Shown here in pieces: positions 41,242 to 49,129 of a stretch of 52,027 nucleotides of DNA. The stretch is from an uncultured Gammaproteobacteria bacterium (GTDB lineage: Bacteria; Patescibacteriota; Patescibacteriia; Magasanikbacterales; GCA-002688135): positions 67,982 to 120,008 of the forward strand of contig CAZHVT010000002.1 in the NCBI GenBank assembly GCA_964536205.1, in the 5' to 3' direction. Position numbers and translations under genes: made by a program. Position 1 is the first letter of the stretch, and each line of letters begins with the position of its first letter. Below the pieces are notes generated by a model. That model did no database searches. It was not told where the DNA came from and saw nothing but the letters and a program-made list of their open reading frames with translations.

Positions 41242-41737
41242 ATAAATTCTTGAGTGATTTCAGTGCGCGATGAATCCGCAGCGATACATTATTTTTTGAA
41301 ATAGATAGTACGTCAGAAATCTCCTCAATTGTTTTATCTTCAATAAATCGTAATTGGATCACTTCTATATATGTGTCTGGTAATGACACCAACAAGTTCT
41401 TGCATACCTCCAAAGCCAATTGATGATCCAGAAAATCCACAATCTCACCGTCACGATCATCAGGAGCATCAAAATCCTCATCCATCTGAAACTCTCTCTG
41501 CGTTGAAGCTTTTTTAATATGATCAATCACCAAATTCCGCGCGACTTTATATAAGAACGCCTGCTCATGCTCAAACCCACCCTTTTGTTTGAACGACTTC
41601 CATGCATTACAAAACGTCTGCGCAAGAATATCTTGAGCCAATTCATGATTCTGCCGCACCTTAAAATAGATAAAGCGATAGATCGCATCTGCAAACTGTT
41701 CGTACAGCACGAGAAATTGTTGATCAAGAGATGACAT
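41216..41737 (-). CDS. ECF-type RNA polymerase sigma-70 factor
   Basis: Region 2 (ELAQDILAQTF) and region 4 HTH (IEEISDVLSISKNNVSLRIHRA). Confidence 0.9.
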   Translation of the reverse strand: MSSLDQQFLVLYEQFADAIYRFIYFKVRQNHELAQDILAQTFCNAWKSFKQKGGFEHEQAFLYKVARNLVIDHIKKASTQREFQMDEDFDAPDDRDGEIVDFLDHQLALEVCKNLLVSLPDTYIEVIQLRFIEDKTIEEISDVLSISKNNVSLRIHRALKSLKNLYEQELQTT

Positions 41738-41813
41738 CTTCTGTTATTTATGACGAATGATAGGAAACAATCTTTCAATGCGTTATAACCTATAAATTAG
41801 GATTTGGCAAGGG

Positions 41814-41842
41814 TTGACAAAGTGAGCAAAATGGTGTACATT
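41814..41842 (+). promoter_or_regulatory. candidate promoter
   Basis: TTGACA-17 nt-TACATT. Confidence 0.5.
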
Positions 41843-41874
41843 TGCACGCATCCAACTATCATGCGGAGAAACAA

Positions 41875-42159
41875 GTGCTGCCACAGCTTAAGCAAGAAAA
41901 AAAGAATGTTGTTGTGACATGGAAGAGGGGAGTTACCCCGACCGACATTTCGCCGACCACATGTCAACGAAGTGGTTTTGATTTCAATTCCATGTCATCG
42001 ACCTTTGGGATTTTCAGGGGCGACATGCCAACGATCAACCGTTTCTTTCAGAAGTACGATGTGACGTACTACGAATTGGATGACTCAACGCAACTTCAAA
42101 AGCTTGCGGAGGATCATCCAGCAGCTCGTTCCTTGGTCGAGATACGACTCGGCATCTGA
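41875..42159 (+). CDS. hypothetical protein (about 94 aa)
   Basis: GTG 41875 preceded by GGAGA; the TTG 41842 start of the ORF track overlaps the -10 box. Confidence 0.45.
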   Translation: MLPQLKQEKKNVVVTWKRGVTPTDISPTTCQRSGFDFNSMSSTFGIFRGDMPTINRFFQKYDVTYYELDDSTQLQKLAEDHPAARSLVEIRLGI

Positions 42160-42172
42160 TTATCATTCAGTA

Positions 42173-42201
42173 GGCGTTCTCACAAGAGAGCGCTTTTTTT
42201 A
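42173..42201 (+). terminator. intrinsic terminator
   Basis: gcgttctc-acaa-gagagcgc plus T7. Confidence 0.7.
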
Positions 42202-42229
42202 TTGACTAAAACAAGTAAAATGCTAAGAT
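42202..42229 (+). promoter_or_regulatory. promoter giving a leaderless GT2 mRNA
   Basis: TTGACT-16 nt-(TGc)TAAGAT; 6 nt between the -10 and ATG 42236. Confidence 0.6.
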
Positions 42230-42235
42230 TTCCGC

Positions 42236-43009
42236 ATGAAAGACATCTCTATTATTATTGTATCTTGGAATGTAAGGGAGAAACTGGCCGAATGTCTCAC
42301 ATCCATTGAAAAAGCCTCACAAAACCTCAATGTGGAGGTTTTTGTTGTGGATAACTTTTCACATGATGGATCAGCAGATATGGTCGAGAAAGATTTTCCA
42401 CATGTTGAATTGATAAGAAATAATTACAATGCAGGATGCGCACGCGCAGTAAATCGAGCGCTCAAACGAGCAACAGGAGATTTGATATTGTGGATGAATC
42501 CAGATATGCGATTATTCGATGACACACTCGATCACGTAAAAAAAGTCGCACGAGAAAATCCTCAAGCCGGAGTTATTGGTGCAAAACTAGAAAATGAAAA
42601 AGGAGAAATTGTTCCACATATCAGAAATTTCCCCACCACAAAAGATCAGCTCGCCATCGCAACGAAATTTGCAAAACTTTTTCCATCTACGCTCAATTCA
42701 TATTTGCAAAAAGATTTCGATTACACCAAACCAGCATACGTCGATTCCATTCGCGGATCATTCTTCTGCATCCCACGCCACATCATCGAAAATATCGGCG
42801 AACTCGACGAACAATTTTTCATTTGGTTTGAAGAGGTTGATTATTGCAAACGCGTCGTCAATGCCGGTTACAAAGTATTATACCATCCACGCATTCGCGC
42901 AATCGATTACGTCGGACAATCGTTCGCACAAGTCCCCACTGCAAAAAAACAAAAGATGTTTCTCTCGAGCATGAAGAAATATATGAAAAAACATGTATGG
43001 CAAAAGTAG
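42236..43009 (+). CDS. family 2 glycosyltransferase
   Basis: ISIIIVSWN, VVDNFSHDGS, NPD, EEVDYC. Confidence 0.9.
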   Translation: MKDISIIIVSWNVREKLAECLTSIEKASQNLNVEVFVVDNFSHDGSADMVEKDFPHVELIRNNYNAGCARAVNRALKRATGDLILWMNPDMRLFDDTLDHVKKVARENPQAGVIGAKLENEKGEIVPHIRNFPTTKDQLAIATKFAKLFPSTLNSYLQKDFDYTKPAYVDSIRGSFFCIPRHIIENIGELDEQFFIWFEEVDYCKRVVNAGYKVLYHPRIRAIDYVGQSFAQVPTAKKQKMFLSSMKKYMKKHVWQK

Positions 43010-43923
43010 CAGTTCACATTCTCACATACAATGGCCTAAAATACCTTCCAGAACTTTTTGCGTCCATCGCGTCGCAATCTTATAAAGATGTGCAGATAAG
43101 AATTCACGATAACAATTCAGATGATGGAACACGAGAATGGATCGCACAATACGCACAACAATTTATCCCACATGCAGAAATTGAATTATCAAAAAAAAAT
43201 ACAGGATTTGTCAGTGGCCACAACAAACTTTTCAAAAAAATCACAGATGAAAAATATGTATTGCTGGTGAATCAGGATACAAAACTCGAATCAGATTACA
43301 TCGAAAAATTGGTAGATCATCTTGAAACATATCCAACAGTCGCAGCAGCTTCAGGATTAATATTGAGATTCGATGGTAAAGATGATAACAGAGGATCAAT
43401 CGATTCAGCCGGTATCACGCTCAAACGAAATCGTTATGCACGCGATCGCAACGCCGGCGACTACATTGAAAAACATCACATTTCAGACTATCCTCCGTAT
43501 GAGCACGTTTTTGGTGTTTCTGGAACCTTGCCAATGTATCGCGTCAGTGCCATCGACACATTATTTGATGAAGATTTTGTGATGTATAAAGAAGATGTAG
43601 ATTTGGCATATCGATTACAAGCCAAAGGATATAAAGCATCTGTGGTAAACTATGCCATTGCATATCACGATAGAACCGTAGGATTAGACAAACCACGAGC
43701 GCGCAGAACATATGCATCCCGCTACAACTCATACAGAAATCATATGTGGATGTTAATCAAAAACGAAACAGGTAAAACATTCTGGCCGGACGCCCCATAT
43801 ATCATTTCTCATGAAATCGGAAAATTTTTCTATCTACTTTTCCGAGAACCTCGAACACTTCTTGCGTGGCGTGAAATAATAATGAAAGCATCAAAGATGC
43901 GCCGCAAAGCAAAAACAACATAA
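42997..43923 (+). CDS. family 2 glycosyltransferase
   Basis: VAVHILTYNG, IHDNNSDDGT, NQD, YKEDVDL; ATG 42997 overlaps the previous gene's end. Confidence 0.88.
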   Translation: MAKVAVHILTYNGLKYLPELFASIASQSYKDVQIRIHDNNSDDGTREWIAQYAQQFIPHAEIELSKKNTGFVSGHNKLFKKITDEKYVLLVNQDTKLESDYIEKLVDHLETYPTVAAASGLILRFDGKDDNRGSIDSAGITLKRNRYARDRNAGDYIEKHHISDYPPYEHVFGVSGTLPMYRVSAIDTLFDEDFVMYKEDVDLAYRLQAKGYKASVVNYAIAYHDRTVGLDKPRARRTYASRYNSYRNHMWMLIKNETGKTFWPDAPYIISHEIGKFFYLLFREPRTLLAWREIIMKASKMRRKAKTT

Positions 43924-43927
43924 GCTT

Positions 43928-43999
43928 GTCATCCTGAGCCTGTCGAAGGATCTCGTCAGAATTACCACGAGATCCTTCGACTAAAACGCTCAGGATGAC
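43928..43999. repeat. 72-bp nested GTCAT...ATGAC palindrome between two GT2 genes
   Basis: Outer stem gtcatcctgagc/gctcaggatgac (12 bp), inner stem gtcgaaggatctcgt/acgagatccttcgac (15 bp), loop cagaattacc. Confidence 0.9.
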
Positions 44000-44009
44000 A
44001 CGTTGAAAT

Positions 44010-44822
44010 ATGCACGACATATCAATCATCATCGTAAACTACAAAATGGCGGACTTTGTGCGCGATTGTTTAGCTGGTCTCAAAAAACAATGTGAGTCAT
44101 CAAAACTAAATATCAGAATCGTTGTTGTTGATAATAATTCAGACGATCATCTCCGCAATGTCATCACACAAAGCAATTGCCCAAACATTACATCAGTATT
44201 TCTCAAAGAAAATCTCGGGTATGGCGGGGGAGTGAATGAGGGAATCCGCGCAGTCAAAGCAGATTACTATTTTGTCGTAAATCCAGACTTAGTATTTTTT
44301 GACGAAAACACATTGGATAGGCTGCATGCATTTATGGAAAAAAATAAAAAAATCGGCATGGCAGCGCCGAAATTAATTAATACAGATGGATCATTGCAGT
44401 ATTCATGTTGGCGATTTCCAAAACGACTTGTGCCATTGTATCGCCGCACAAAACTTGGAAACACAAAACGAGGGAAAAAAGCGCTGCGACATTTTTTGAT
44501 GGAAGATTGGGATCACAATCAAACACGCCCAGTGGAATGCATTATGGGATCAGCAATGTTTGTGCGAGGGGAGGCTCTCAAAGAAGTCGGATTAATGAGC
44601 GAAGAATATTTTATGTATTTTGAAGATATGGATTGGTGCCGACAATTTTGGAATGCACACAAACCAATTTATTATGTGCATGATGTGCGGATTCGGCATC
44701 ATTGGCAAAGAGATTCAGCAAAGGTGAAAGGGATAAAAGCGATTGCACTAAATAGGCTTACACGTATTCATATTAAGAGTTGGGTGAAGTATATGTGGAA
44801 GTGGCGAAAAGTAAGGGATTAA
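44010..44822 (+). CDS. family 2 glycosyltransferase
   Basis: ISIIIVNYK, VVDNNSDD, NPD, FEDMDWC. Confidence 0.9.
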   Translation: MHDISIIIVNYKMADFVRDCLAGLKKQCESSKLNIRIVVVDNNSDDHLRNVITQSNCPNITSVFLKENLGYGGGVNEGIRAVKADYYFVVNPDLVFFDENTLDRLHAFMEKNKKIGMAAPKLINTDGSLQYSCWRFPKRLVPLYRRTKLGNTKRGKKALRHFLMEDWDHNQTRPVECIMGSAMFVRGEALKEVGLMSEEYFMYFEDMDWCRQFWNAHKPIYYVHDVRIRHHWQRDSAKVKGIKAIALNRLTRIHIKSWVKYMWKWRKVRD

Positions 44823-44964
44823 TGGGGGGTGCGCCCCAAAGACCAGGTTCATTCGCAGGCTTTTCAATTTTCTGCAGGAGTTATATATATTATTCTTAAA
44901 AAATTGTGGCGGGTCTTTGGTGCATGGTTAAAACTTACGAAATCGAAGATTTCTGGTTTTAACT

Positions 44965-45232
44965 AAAAACCGGCCCAGACCCCATGGAGTCAATTGCCGG
45001 TAAACTGAAGGACCCCGAAGGGGTTAAAAGTAGTTTGGAGCCCCCGTATCCTTGTTTTTTAGCCAATCATCCATGACGTCTAAGATGACCAACCTTTTGT
45101 GGTGCCGCGCATTGTTGCGATCACCGCTGTCATATGAGCCTTGTGTGCACTACCATCATCGTGATGCTTGTTGTAGTATTTTCCAACCCATACAACTCAG
45201 TTTCAATCCCCAACTGGTGGGGAGCAGTGCTG
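44965..45232 (-). ncRNA. candidate structured RNA, unit 2 (about 260 nt)
   Basis: Minus-strand TTGACA-17-TATCCT promoter upstream; cccc-UUCG-gggg hairpin; 3' hairpin ccggc...gccgg plus TTTTT (45000-44965); no credible ORF. Confidence 0.35.
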
Positions 45233-45237
45233 AATTA

Positions 45238-45266
45238 AGGATATACATATAAAGTTCTGGTGTCAA
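45238..45266 (-). promoter_or_regulatory. candidate promoter of RNA unit 2
   Basis: TTGACA (45266-45261), 17 nt, TATCCT (45243-45238) read on the minus strand. Confidence 0.4.
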
Positions 45267-45405
45267 CTGCGTCGCCTCTCAGCCATGTTCATCATTGCTT
45301 TTTAATAACTATGCAGAAGATTGAAATACGCAGTTTCTTTGTATCCCTACCAGGCTGTCGATGCATAGTAAATCGTCGCAAAATCAAAGATTTTGGCGGT
45401 TAACT

Positions 45406-45602
45406 AAAAACCGGCAATTATTCATTCCTTGAATAATTGCCGGCCACAAGCTGTCTGTGTCTACACAGCTTGTAGTGATGAGCAAATTGGTGGTAGGCAC
45501 ATCACTATCCTCACAACGATGAAAGGCGCGAATGACCACACAACCCCCGTTGTGTGATCCGGATACCATCGTTGCAAAGGGATCTTTCCCTAAAGATCTA
45601 CA
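45406..45602 (-). ncRNA. candidate structured RNA, unit 1 (about 190 nt)
   Basis: Minus-strand TTGACA-17-TATTCT promoter; five hairpins; ends in the 14-bp perfect stem ccggcaattattca/tgaataattgccgg plus TTTTT. Confidence 0.45.
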
Positions 45603-45608
45603 ATAGGT

Positions 45609-45637
45609 AGAATAGAGGAGAATCAAGCATATGTCAA
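45609..45637 (-). promoter_or_regulatory. candidate promoter of RNA unit 1
   Basis: TTGACA (45637-45632, overlapping the ATG of the plus-strand GT2 gene), 17 nt, TATTCT (45614-45609). Confidence 0.45.
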
Positions 45638-46704
45638 CAGGATACCAAATAGGAATCATACTCGTGAATTACAAGCATTATTGTGATCGTTTTTTGGCTG
45701 ATGCTCGAAATACATTGCGTAAACAAACATATCCGAAAGATTTATTCAAAGTATATATCATAGATAATGTTTCAACAGCCGAATCATTTAATAAACTTCA
45801 GGAAATGTATCCCGAGGCAGCAGTTGTCGCAACACAAGGAAATGGATGGGGGCATGCAAATAATCTTGGCATGAAAATGGCTTGGCATGATGGCTGTGAT
45901 GCAGCAGCACTCGTAAACATGGACACAGAGTTTGATGAAAACTGGCTCACAGAATTAGTTGATGCAGCATATTCAGATAACAAAATTGGAATCACACAAG
46001 CAAAAATAATGCTGTGGGAACTCAATCACAAAAAATCAAAAATAAATTCTGTGGGCAATCTCATGCATTATCTCGGATTTAGTTTTTGCGATGGGTATAA
46101 ACAAGAAAACGAGAAAACGGTAAATCAAGAAATCAAAGATATTTATTCAGCGTCAGGGGCTTCAATGCTTATTAAACGAAATGTCGCTGAATTAATTGGA
46201 GGATGTGATGAAGAATATTTTATGTATCATGATGATTTGGAGTTATCACTCAAAGCACGACTCGCAGGATTCAGAATCGTTCTCGCGCCACAATCAATCA
46301 TGTATCACAAATACGAATTCGGAAGATCAATCAAACAGGTGTATTACATGGAACGAAATCGATATCTCACCATGAATATTTTTTATAGCTGGCGAACGAG
46401 ATTGCTATTACTCCCAGCCACATTCGTAATGGATATTGGTATGTGGTTCTATGCGCTTGTGAAAGGATGGGCTGGCGCAAAATTTCGAGTATTTGTATAT
46501 TTCTTGAAACCATCAACAGCAAAACATATCAGAGAACAAAGAAAAAAATTGAAAAAAATCAGAACAATAAAAGATCGCGAATTACTGAATGACGCTGTCG
46601 GAAAAGTAGAGTTTCAGGAGATTGATAATCCAGTTTTAAAATACATAGCGAACCCGATATTGAATGCCTACTGGCGGCTTGTCAAAAAGCTCATAATCTG
46701 GTAA
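45631..46704 (+). CDS. family 2 glycosyltransferase with a C-terminal membrane segment
   Basis: IGIILVNYK, IIDNVSTAES, MDTE, HDDLELS; RBS AGAGGAG. Confidence 0.88.
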   Translation: MSTGYQIGIILVNYKHYCDRFLADARNTLRKQTYPKDLFKVYIIDNVSTAESFNKLQEMYPEAAVVATQGNGWGHANNLGMKMAWHDGCDAAALVNMDTEFDENWLTELVDAAYSDNKIGITQAKIMLWELNHKKSKINSVGNLMHYLGFSFCDGYKQENEKTVNQEIKDIYSASGASMLIKRNVAELIGGCDEEYFMYHDDLELSLKARLAGFRIVLAPQSIMYHKYEFGRSIKQVYYMERNRYLTMNIFYSWRTRLLLLPATFVMDIGMWFYALVKGWAGAKFRVFVYFLKPSTAKHIREQRKKLKKIRTIKDRELLNDAVGKVEFQEIDNPVLKYIANPILNAYWRLVKKLIIW

Positions 46705-46716
46705 CACAGAGGTTCT

Positions 46717-47805
46717 ATGAAAGCACTTATTACAGCCGGCGGCCATGCAACCCGCCTGCGCCCCATAACCTGGAACCGAAACAAACACCTCATCCCCATG
46801 GCAAACAAATCCATGCTCGCTTATGCTATCGATAAAATTGTAGATGCGGGAATTACAGACATCGCTATCAACATCAATCCGGGAGAATCAGAAATACAAA
46901 ACGCCATTGGAGATGGCTCACAACATGGATGCGCTATAACCTATATAGAACAGCAGGGTGGCGCAAAAGGTTTAGCGCACATCGTTAAAAACGCAAAAGA
47001 TCATGGATTCTTAGATGGCACGCCTTTTTTAATGTATCTCGGAGATAATATTTTACTGGCAGATTTATCAGCAATGGTAAAAAGATTCAAAGAAGATGAA
47101 ATGAACTGTTTGTTGGCATTATCAAAAGTCCCAGATCCAGAACGATTCGGAGTCCCAGAAATTATCGATGGAAAAATCGTACGAGTCGAAGAAAAACCAA
47201 GCGATCCAAAATCTGACTACGCAATCACAGGAATTTATTTATACGATCAACATGCGTTGGATGCAGTTGAAAACATGCAACTTTCAGATCGCGGAGAATA
47301 CGAAATCACCGACATTCATCAACATTATATAGATAACGATTTAACCATCGGATACGAAGAAATCACTGGATGGTGGAAAGACACCGGAAAGCCGGAAGAT
47401 TTGTTGATCGGAAATCAATTTATTTTAGATGAAATTAAAACTGGCGATGTTGGTATTGATGCAGAAGCAAAAGTTGCACAAAGCGCAAACATCCAAGGAA
47501 AAGTCGCAATTGGAAAGGGTACAGTAATTGCAGATGGCGTTTTGATCCGCGGCCCTGTCACCATCGGAGAAAATTGTGTGATTCATAATGCATACATCGG
47601 CCCCTACACCTCAATCGGAAATTCATGCGAGATTTATGAAACAGAAATCGAACACTCTATTATTTTCGATGATGTTACGATAAAATGTGGAAAGCGAATC
47701 GCAGATTCAATTATCGGAAAAGGCGCAACAGTTGTAGCAGCATCAGAATCAAAACCTTCCGGACACAAACTTATTATTGGAGATAACTCGCTCGTAGAAT
47801 TATAG
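46717..47805 (+). CDS. sugar-1-phosphate nucleotidyltransferase, long form with a left-handed beta-helix C-terminus (glucose-1-P thymidylyltransferase-like)
   Basis: ITAGGHATRLRPIT..NKHLIP, GDN, EKP; hexapeptide repeats in the C-terminal third. Confidence 0.85.
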   Translation: MKALITAGGHATRLRPITWNRNKHLIPMANKSMLAYAIDKIVDAGITDIAININPGESEIQNAIGDGSQHGCAITYIEQQGGAKGLAHIVKNAKDHGFLDGTPFLMYLGDNILLADLSAMVKRFKEDEMNCLLALSKVPDPERFGVPEIIDGKIVRVEEKPSDPKSDYAITGIYLYDQHALDAVENMQLSDRGEYEITDIHQHYIDNDLTIGYEEITGWWKDTGKPEDLLIGNQFILDEIKTGDVGIDAEAKVAQSANIQGKVAIGKGTVIADGVLIRGPVTIGENCVIHNAYIGPYTSIGNSCEIYETEIEHSIIFDDVTIKCGKRIADSIIGKGATVVAASESKPSGHKLIIGDNSLVEL

Positions 47806-47806
47806 G

Positions 47807-47835
47807 TTGACAAAACCGCACAGAGCATGTATTAT
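47807..47835 (+). promoter_or_regulatory. consensus promoter firing antisense into the PemK-like gene
   Basis: TTGACA-17 nt-TATTAT; the predicted transcript starts near 47842 with a ggc-UUCG-gcc hairpin and runs into the 3' end of the minus-strand gene at 47875. Confidence 0.5.
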
Positions 47836-47874
47836 CAAAATATAAATGGGCTTCGGCCTCCGAAATACCTGCGA

Positions 47875-48294
47875 TCATTGATCGTGGGTATTGTCTTTTA
47901 AAATGAGAAATAGTTTGTCTTGAATATGTGTCATTTCATCAATACCTAACATTCTAATTTTCCGTCGCAAACGTTTACTTGAAAAGAGGCGAACTTGTGA
48001 GAGGATTGCGTACGAGATGTAATTATTGTGGGTAAGTAGAGCATGGCATCTTTCATGTCCTTTTTGAGAGGTAAGTGGGATTCCGAGAAATACATGTTTA
48101 TTGAATTTTCGCAAAATAAGAACCGGCCGCTCAAAATGATCATGTTTACCATTTTGCTCAAATCCGATATTATGACCAACACTTGCCCACCACAGCTCGC
48201 GTTCATAGAAATACACGGGTTGATCAGCTGAGAGATGAAGTCGAATTTTACGCTTTGTCCAATCAACAAAGGGCTTGATAGTTTCATCGTTCAT
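47875..48294 (-). CDS. PemK/MazF-family toxin-like protein, no adjacent antitoxin gene
   Basis: ELWWASVGHNIGFEQNGKHDHFERPVLILRKF...GIPLTS...ILSQVRLFSSKRL; start ATG 48294 (48318/48327 alternatives). Confidence 0.7.
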   Translation of the reverse strand: MNDETIKPFVDWTKRKIRLHLSADQPVYFYERELWWASVGHNIGFEQNGKHDHFERPVLILRKFNKHVFLGIPLTSQKGHERCHALLTHNNYISYAILSQVRLFSSKRLRRKIRMLGIDEMTHIQDKLFLILKDNTHDQ

Positions 48295-48311
48295 ATATCC
48301 TAGTATATCGT

Positions 48312-48659
48312 ATGTCATCAAAAACAAACATCGAGTGCATCGGCAAGTCTGAAGACTTCCCCGAAGGCAAAGGAAAAAAAGTAGTCATCGGATTCGTCGA
48401 CTGCGCAGTCTTCCGCAAAAACGGAGAACTCGGATGCGTCACATCAAACTGCGTCCATAAAGGAGGCCCTCTATGCGACGGCTGGATGAAAGGCGATAAA
48501 ATCGTATGCCCATGGCACTTCTGGGAATTTGATTTCAAAACAGGAAAAGGAGATGGAAACGAATCTCAAGGCTCGTACAAAATCTGGGAAGAAGATGGAA
48601 AGGTGTATGTGGAAACAAAGAAAATGGAAACAGAACGTAAAGAGTATCCTGCATTTTAA
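48312..48659 (+). CDS. Rieske [2Fe-2S] domain protein (NirD-like small subunit type)
   Basis: CVHKGGPL ... CPWHFWEF. Confidence 0.88.
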   Translation: MSSKTNIECIGKSEDFPEGKGKKVVIGFVDCAVFRKNGELGCVTSNCVHKGGPLCDGWMKGDKIVCPWHFWEFDFKTGKGDGNESQGSYKIWEEDGKVYVETKKMETERKEYPAF

Positions 48660-48661
48660 TA

Positions 48662-48690
48662 TTGACAAAAAAAATTGGAAGTAATAGTAT
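48662..48690 (+). promoter_or_regulatory. candidate promoter
   Basis: TTGACA-17 nt-TAGTAT. Confidence 0.6.
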
Positions 48691-48717
48691 GCTGGCAGAC
48701 TTAAAAAGGAGAGAGGG

Positions 48718-49092
48718 ATGAGCGAGCATATCCTTGGTTATCTGAAGGTAAATGTGGGGCAGGTTCGCAGCGAGCTGGAAACTCAGGTATATCTGCGACG
48801 AAAGGATGAGGAGTTCCTCAATTCCGCCGAGGGAATTGATCATACATTCTGTATTCGCATGAAAGCAGAAGTTGTAGGAGAAAAGGACACAGAACTCGAT
48901 TCTGGTGGACTCATCCGAGATGCAATATTCGCTGCGTGCGAGTATTTCAAACAGCAAAACAATCGTAGTAACGTGCAAGCACAATGCACAGTACATGTTC
49001 TTTTCCCAAGCGGATTTGAGATGCTGCTTCCAGCTCGATTCTGGCACAAGTGGTTCGATGAGTATCGGAAACCACTCAAAGAAGTTGCATGA
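48718..49092 (+). CDS. hypothetical protein (124 aa)
   Basis: RBS AAAAAGGAGAG; own promoter and terminator. Confidence 0.65.
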   Translation: MSEHILGYLKVNVGQVRSELETQVYLRRKDEEFLNSAEGIDHTFCIRMKAEVVGEKDTELDSGGLIRDAIFAACEYFKQQNNRSNVQAQCTVHVLFPSGFEMLLPARFWHKWFDEYRKPLKEVA

Positions 49093-49098
49093 TGTAAG

Positions 49099-49122
49099 CC
49101 GAGGAACATCCTCGGTTTTTTA
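49099..49122. terminator. bidirectional intrinsic terminator
   Basis: ccgagga-aca-tcctcgg plus T6. Confidence 0.75.
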
Positions 49123-49129
49123 TTTCAGA

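Noticed and set aside
45035-45062. Group II intron domain V-like string ggagcccccgtatccttg
   Set aside because: It lacks the symmetric domain V helix with a GNRA loop. There is no GTGYG 5' end and no IEP/RT ORF nearby.
45205-45232. tmRNA/tRNA-like 3' end suggested by gctccccacca on the minus strand, and a GGGGGGTGCG...AGGTTCATTCGC string at 44824-44858
   Set aside because: No T-arm precedes the CCACCA-like string. There is no resume codon or tag ORF ending in a typical hydrophobic tail. The two pieces are on opposite strands and in the wrong order.
44939-45443. IS200/IS605-type non-autonomous element (PATE) bounded by the two similar hairpin modules
   Set aside because: No tnpA/tnpB is present in the window. 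The modules are followed by T-runs and preceded by consensus promoters on the minus strand, which fits transcription units better. This is not fully excluded and is listed as an alternative in the finding.
45052-45659. ORFs 45052-45252 (+, 66 aa) and 45384-45659 (-, 91 aa) as protein genes
   Set aside because: They have no RBS and rely on non-ATG or poorly placed starts. They run through perfect hairpins and a terminator. They are better explained as chance frames in GC-rich structured sequence.
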